Shown here one piece after another: positions 15,603 through 15,885 of a stretch of 15,885 nucleotides of DNA. Origin of the DNA: Candidatus Heimdallarchaeota archaeon (GTDB lineage: Archaea; Asgardarchaeota; Heimdallarchaeia; JABLTI01); contig JAHLVW010000117.1 of assembly GCA_019058275.1 (NCBI GenBank), positions 1 through 15,885 of the forward strand. The letters run 5' to 3'. The notes beneath the pieces are model-generated. The model saw only the letters and a program-made list of their open reading frames with translations. It ran no database searches and was not told the origin of the DNA. How positions within the stretch are numbered: position 1 is the first letter of the stretch; every line of letters starts with the position of its first letter. Both the position numbers and the translations under genes were made by a program.

Positions 15603-15885
15603 CTAAATCACCTTTTTTCAATGTTTTTCGTTCTGCAAGTCTAAATAGCAGGTAACCTCCTAACCAAAAGATTATGTCAATCCCAATTAGGATACCAACC
15701 ATGTAGAGCATACTAATAATCGAGTCATTTGTCATGAGTAATGCTCTTATTGCCATCAATCCCCATGAAAATGGTACAACTAAACCAATCCATTTTGCCC
15801 AATTGGGTAAAACATTTAGCGGATACCTAATAGGGGAGCAAATGTATAGAGCACTGTCAACGAATTCAGTAAGAACACCTGGTTC
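15592..15885 (-). CDS. ABC-2 type exporter permease, C-terminal fragment (missing from ORF track)
   Basis: Manual translation EPGVLTEFVDSALYICSPIRYPLNVLPNWAKWIGLVVPFSWGLMAIRALL...LFRLAERKTLKKGDLGAF* is paralogous to the downstream permease. Its 3' end overlaps the next gene's start by 11 nt. Confidence 0.88.
   Translation of the reverse strand, partial: EPGVLTEFVDSALYICSPIRYPLNVLPNWAKWIGLVVPFSWGLMAIRALLMTNDSIISMLYMVGILIGIDIIFWLGGYLLFRLAERKTLKKGDLGAF

Noticed and set aside
1-15885. CRISPR array, transposase, integrase, prophage or defence island
   Set aside because: No regularly spaced repeats, terminal inverted repeats flanking a transposase, or recognisable mobile/defence proteins were seen.

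Overview
AT-rich (roughly 30% GC), gene-dense archaeal window. GGTG(A)/GGAGG ribosome-binding sites, frequent TTG/GTG starts, a class III signal-peptide protein, a RAD55/KaiC-type ATPase and an N-terminal-REC multi-PAS kinase suggest an Asgard (Heimdallarchaeia-like) archaeon; this taxonomy is inference. Gene order: a truncated secreted glycoprotein not in the ORF track (minus strand, 1-992) with a GC-rich folded 5' leader; a signal peptide + extracellular domain + 3TM + class II chelatase-like fusion; an M19 dipeptidase; a 1526-aa hybrid histidine kinase; an extended SDR; a RecA/KaiC-family protein with a degenerate P-loop; two tandem Cys-motif winged-helix paralogs; an EamA/DMT transporter; an alpha-solenoid protein; a pilin-like protein; and two ABC-2 permeases (the second truncated, also not in the ORF track). 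Top observations: (1) the second winged-helix paralog has an in-frame TAG, and homology to its neighbour continues ungapped past it (possible amber/pyrrolysine read-through, or a recent nonsense change or sequencing error); (2) a ~115-nt three-way-junction leader RNA that can occlude the ribosome-binding site; (3) a receptor-like chelatase lacking the expected HG histidines; (4) a P-loop-less RecA-fold protein resembling Elongator Elp4/Elp6. No rRNA, tRNA, CRISPR array or mobile element was seen.
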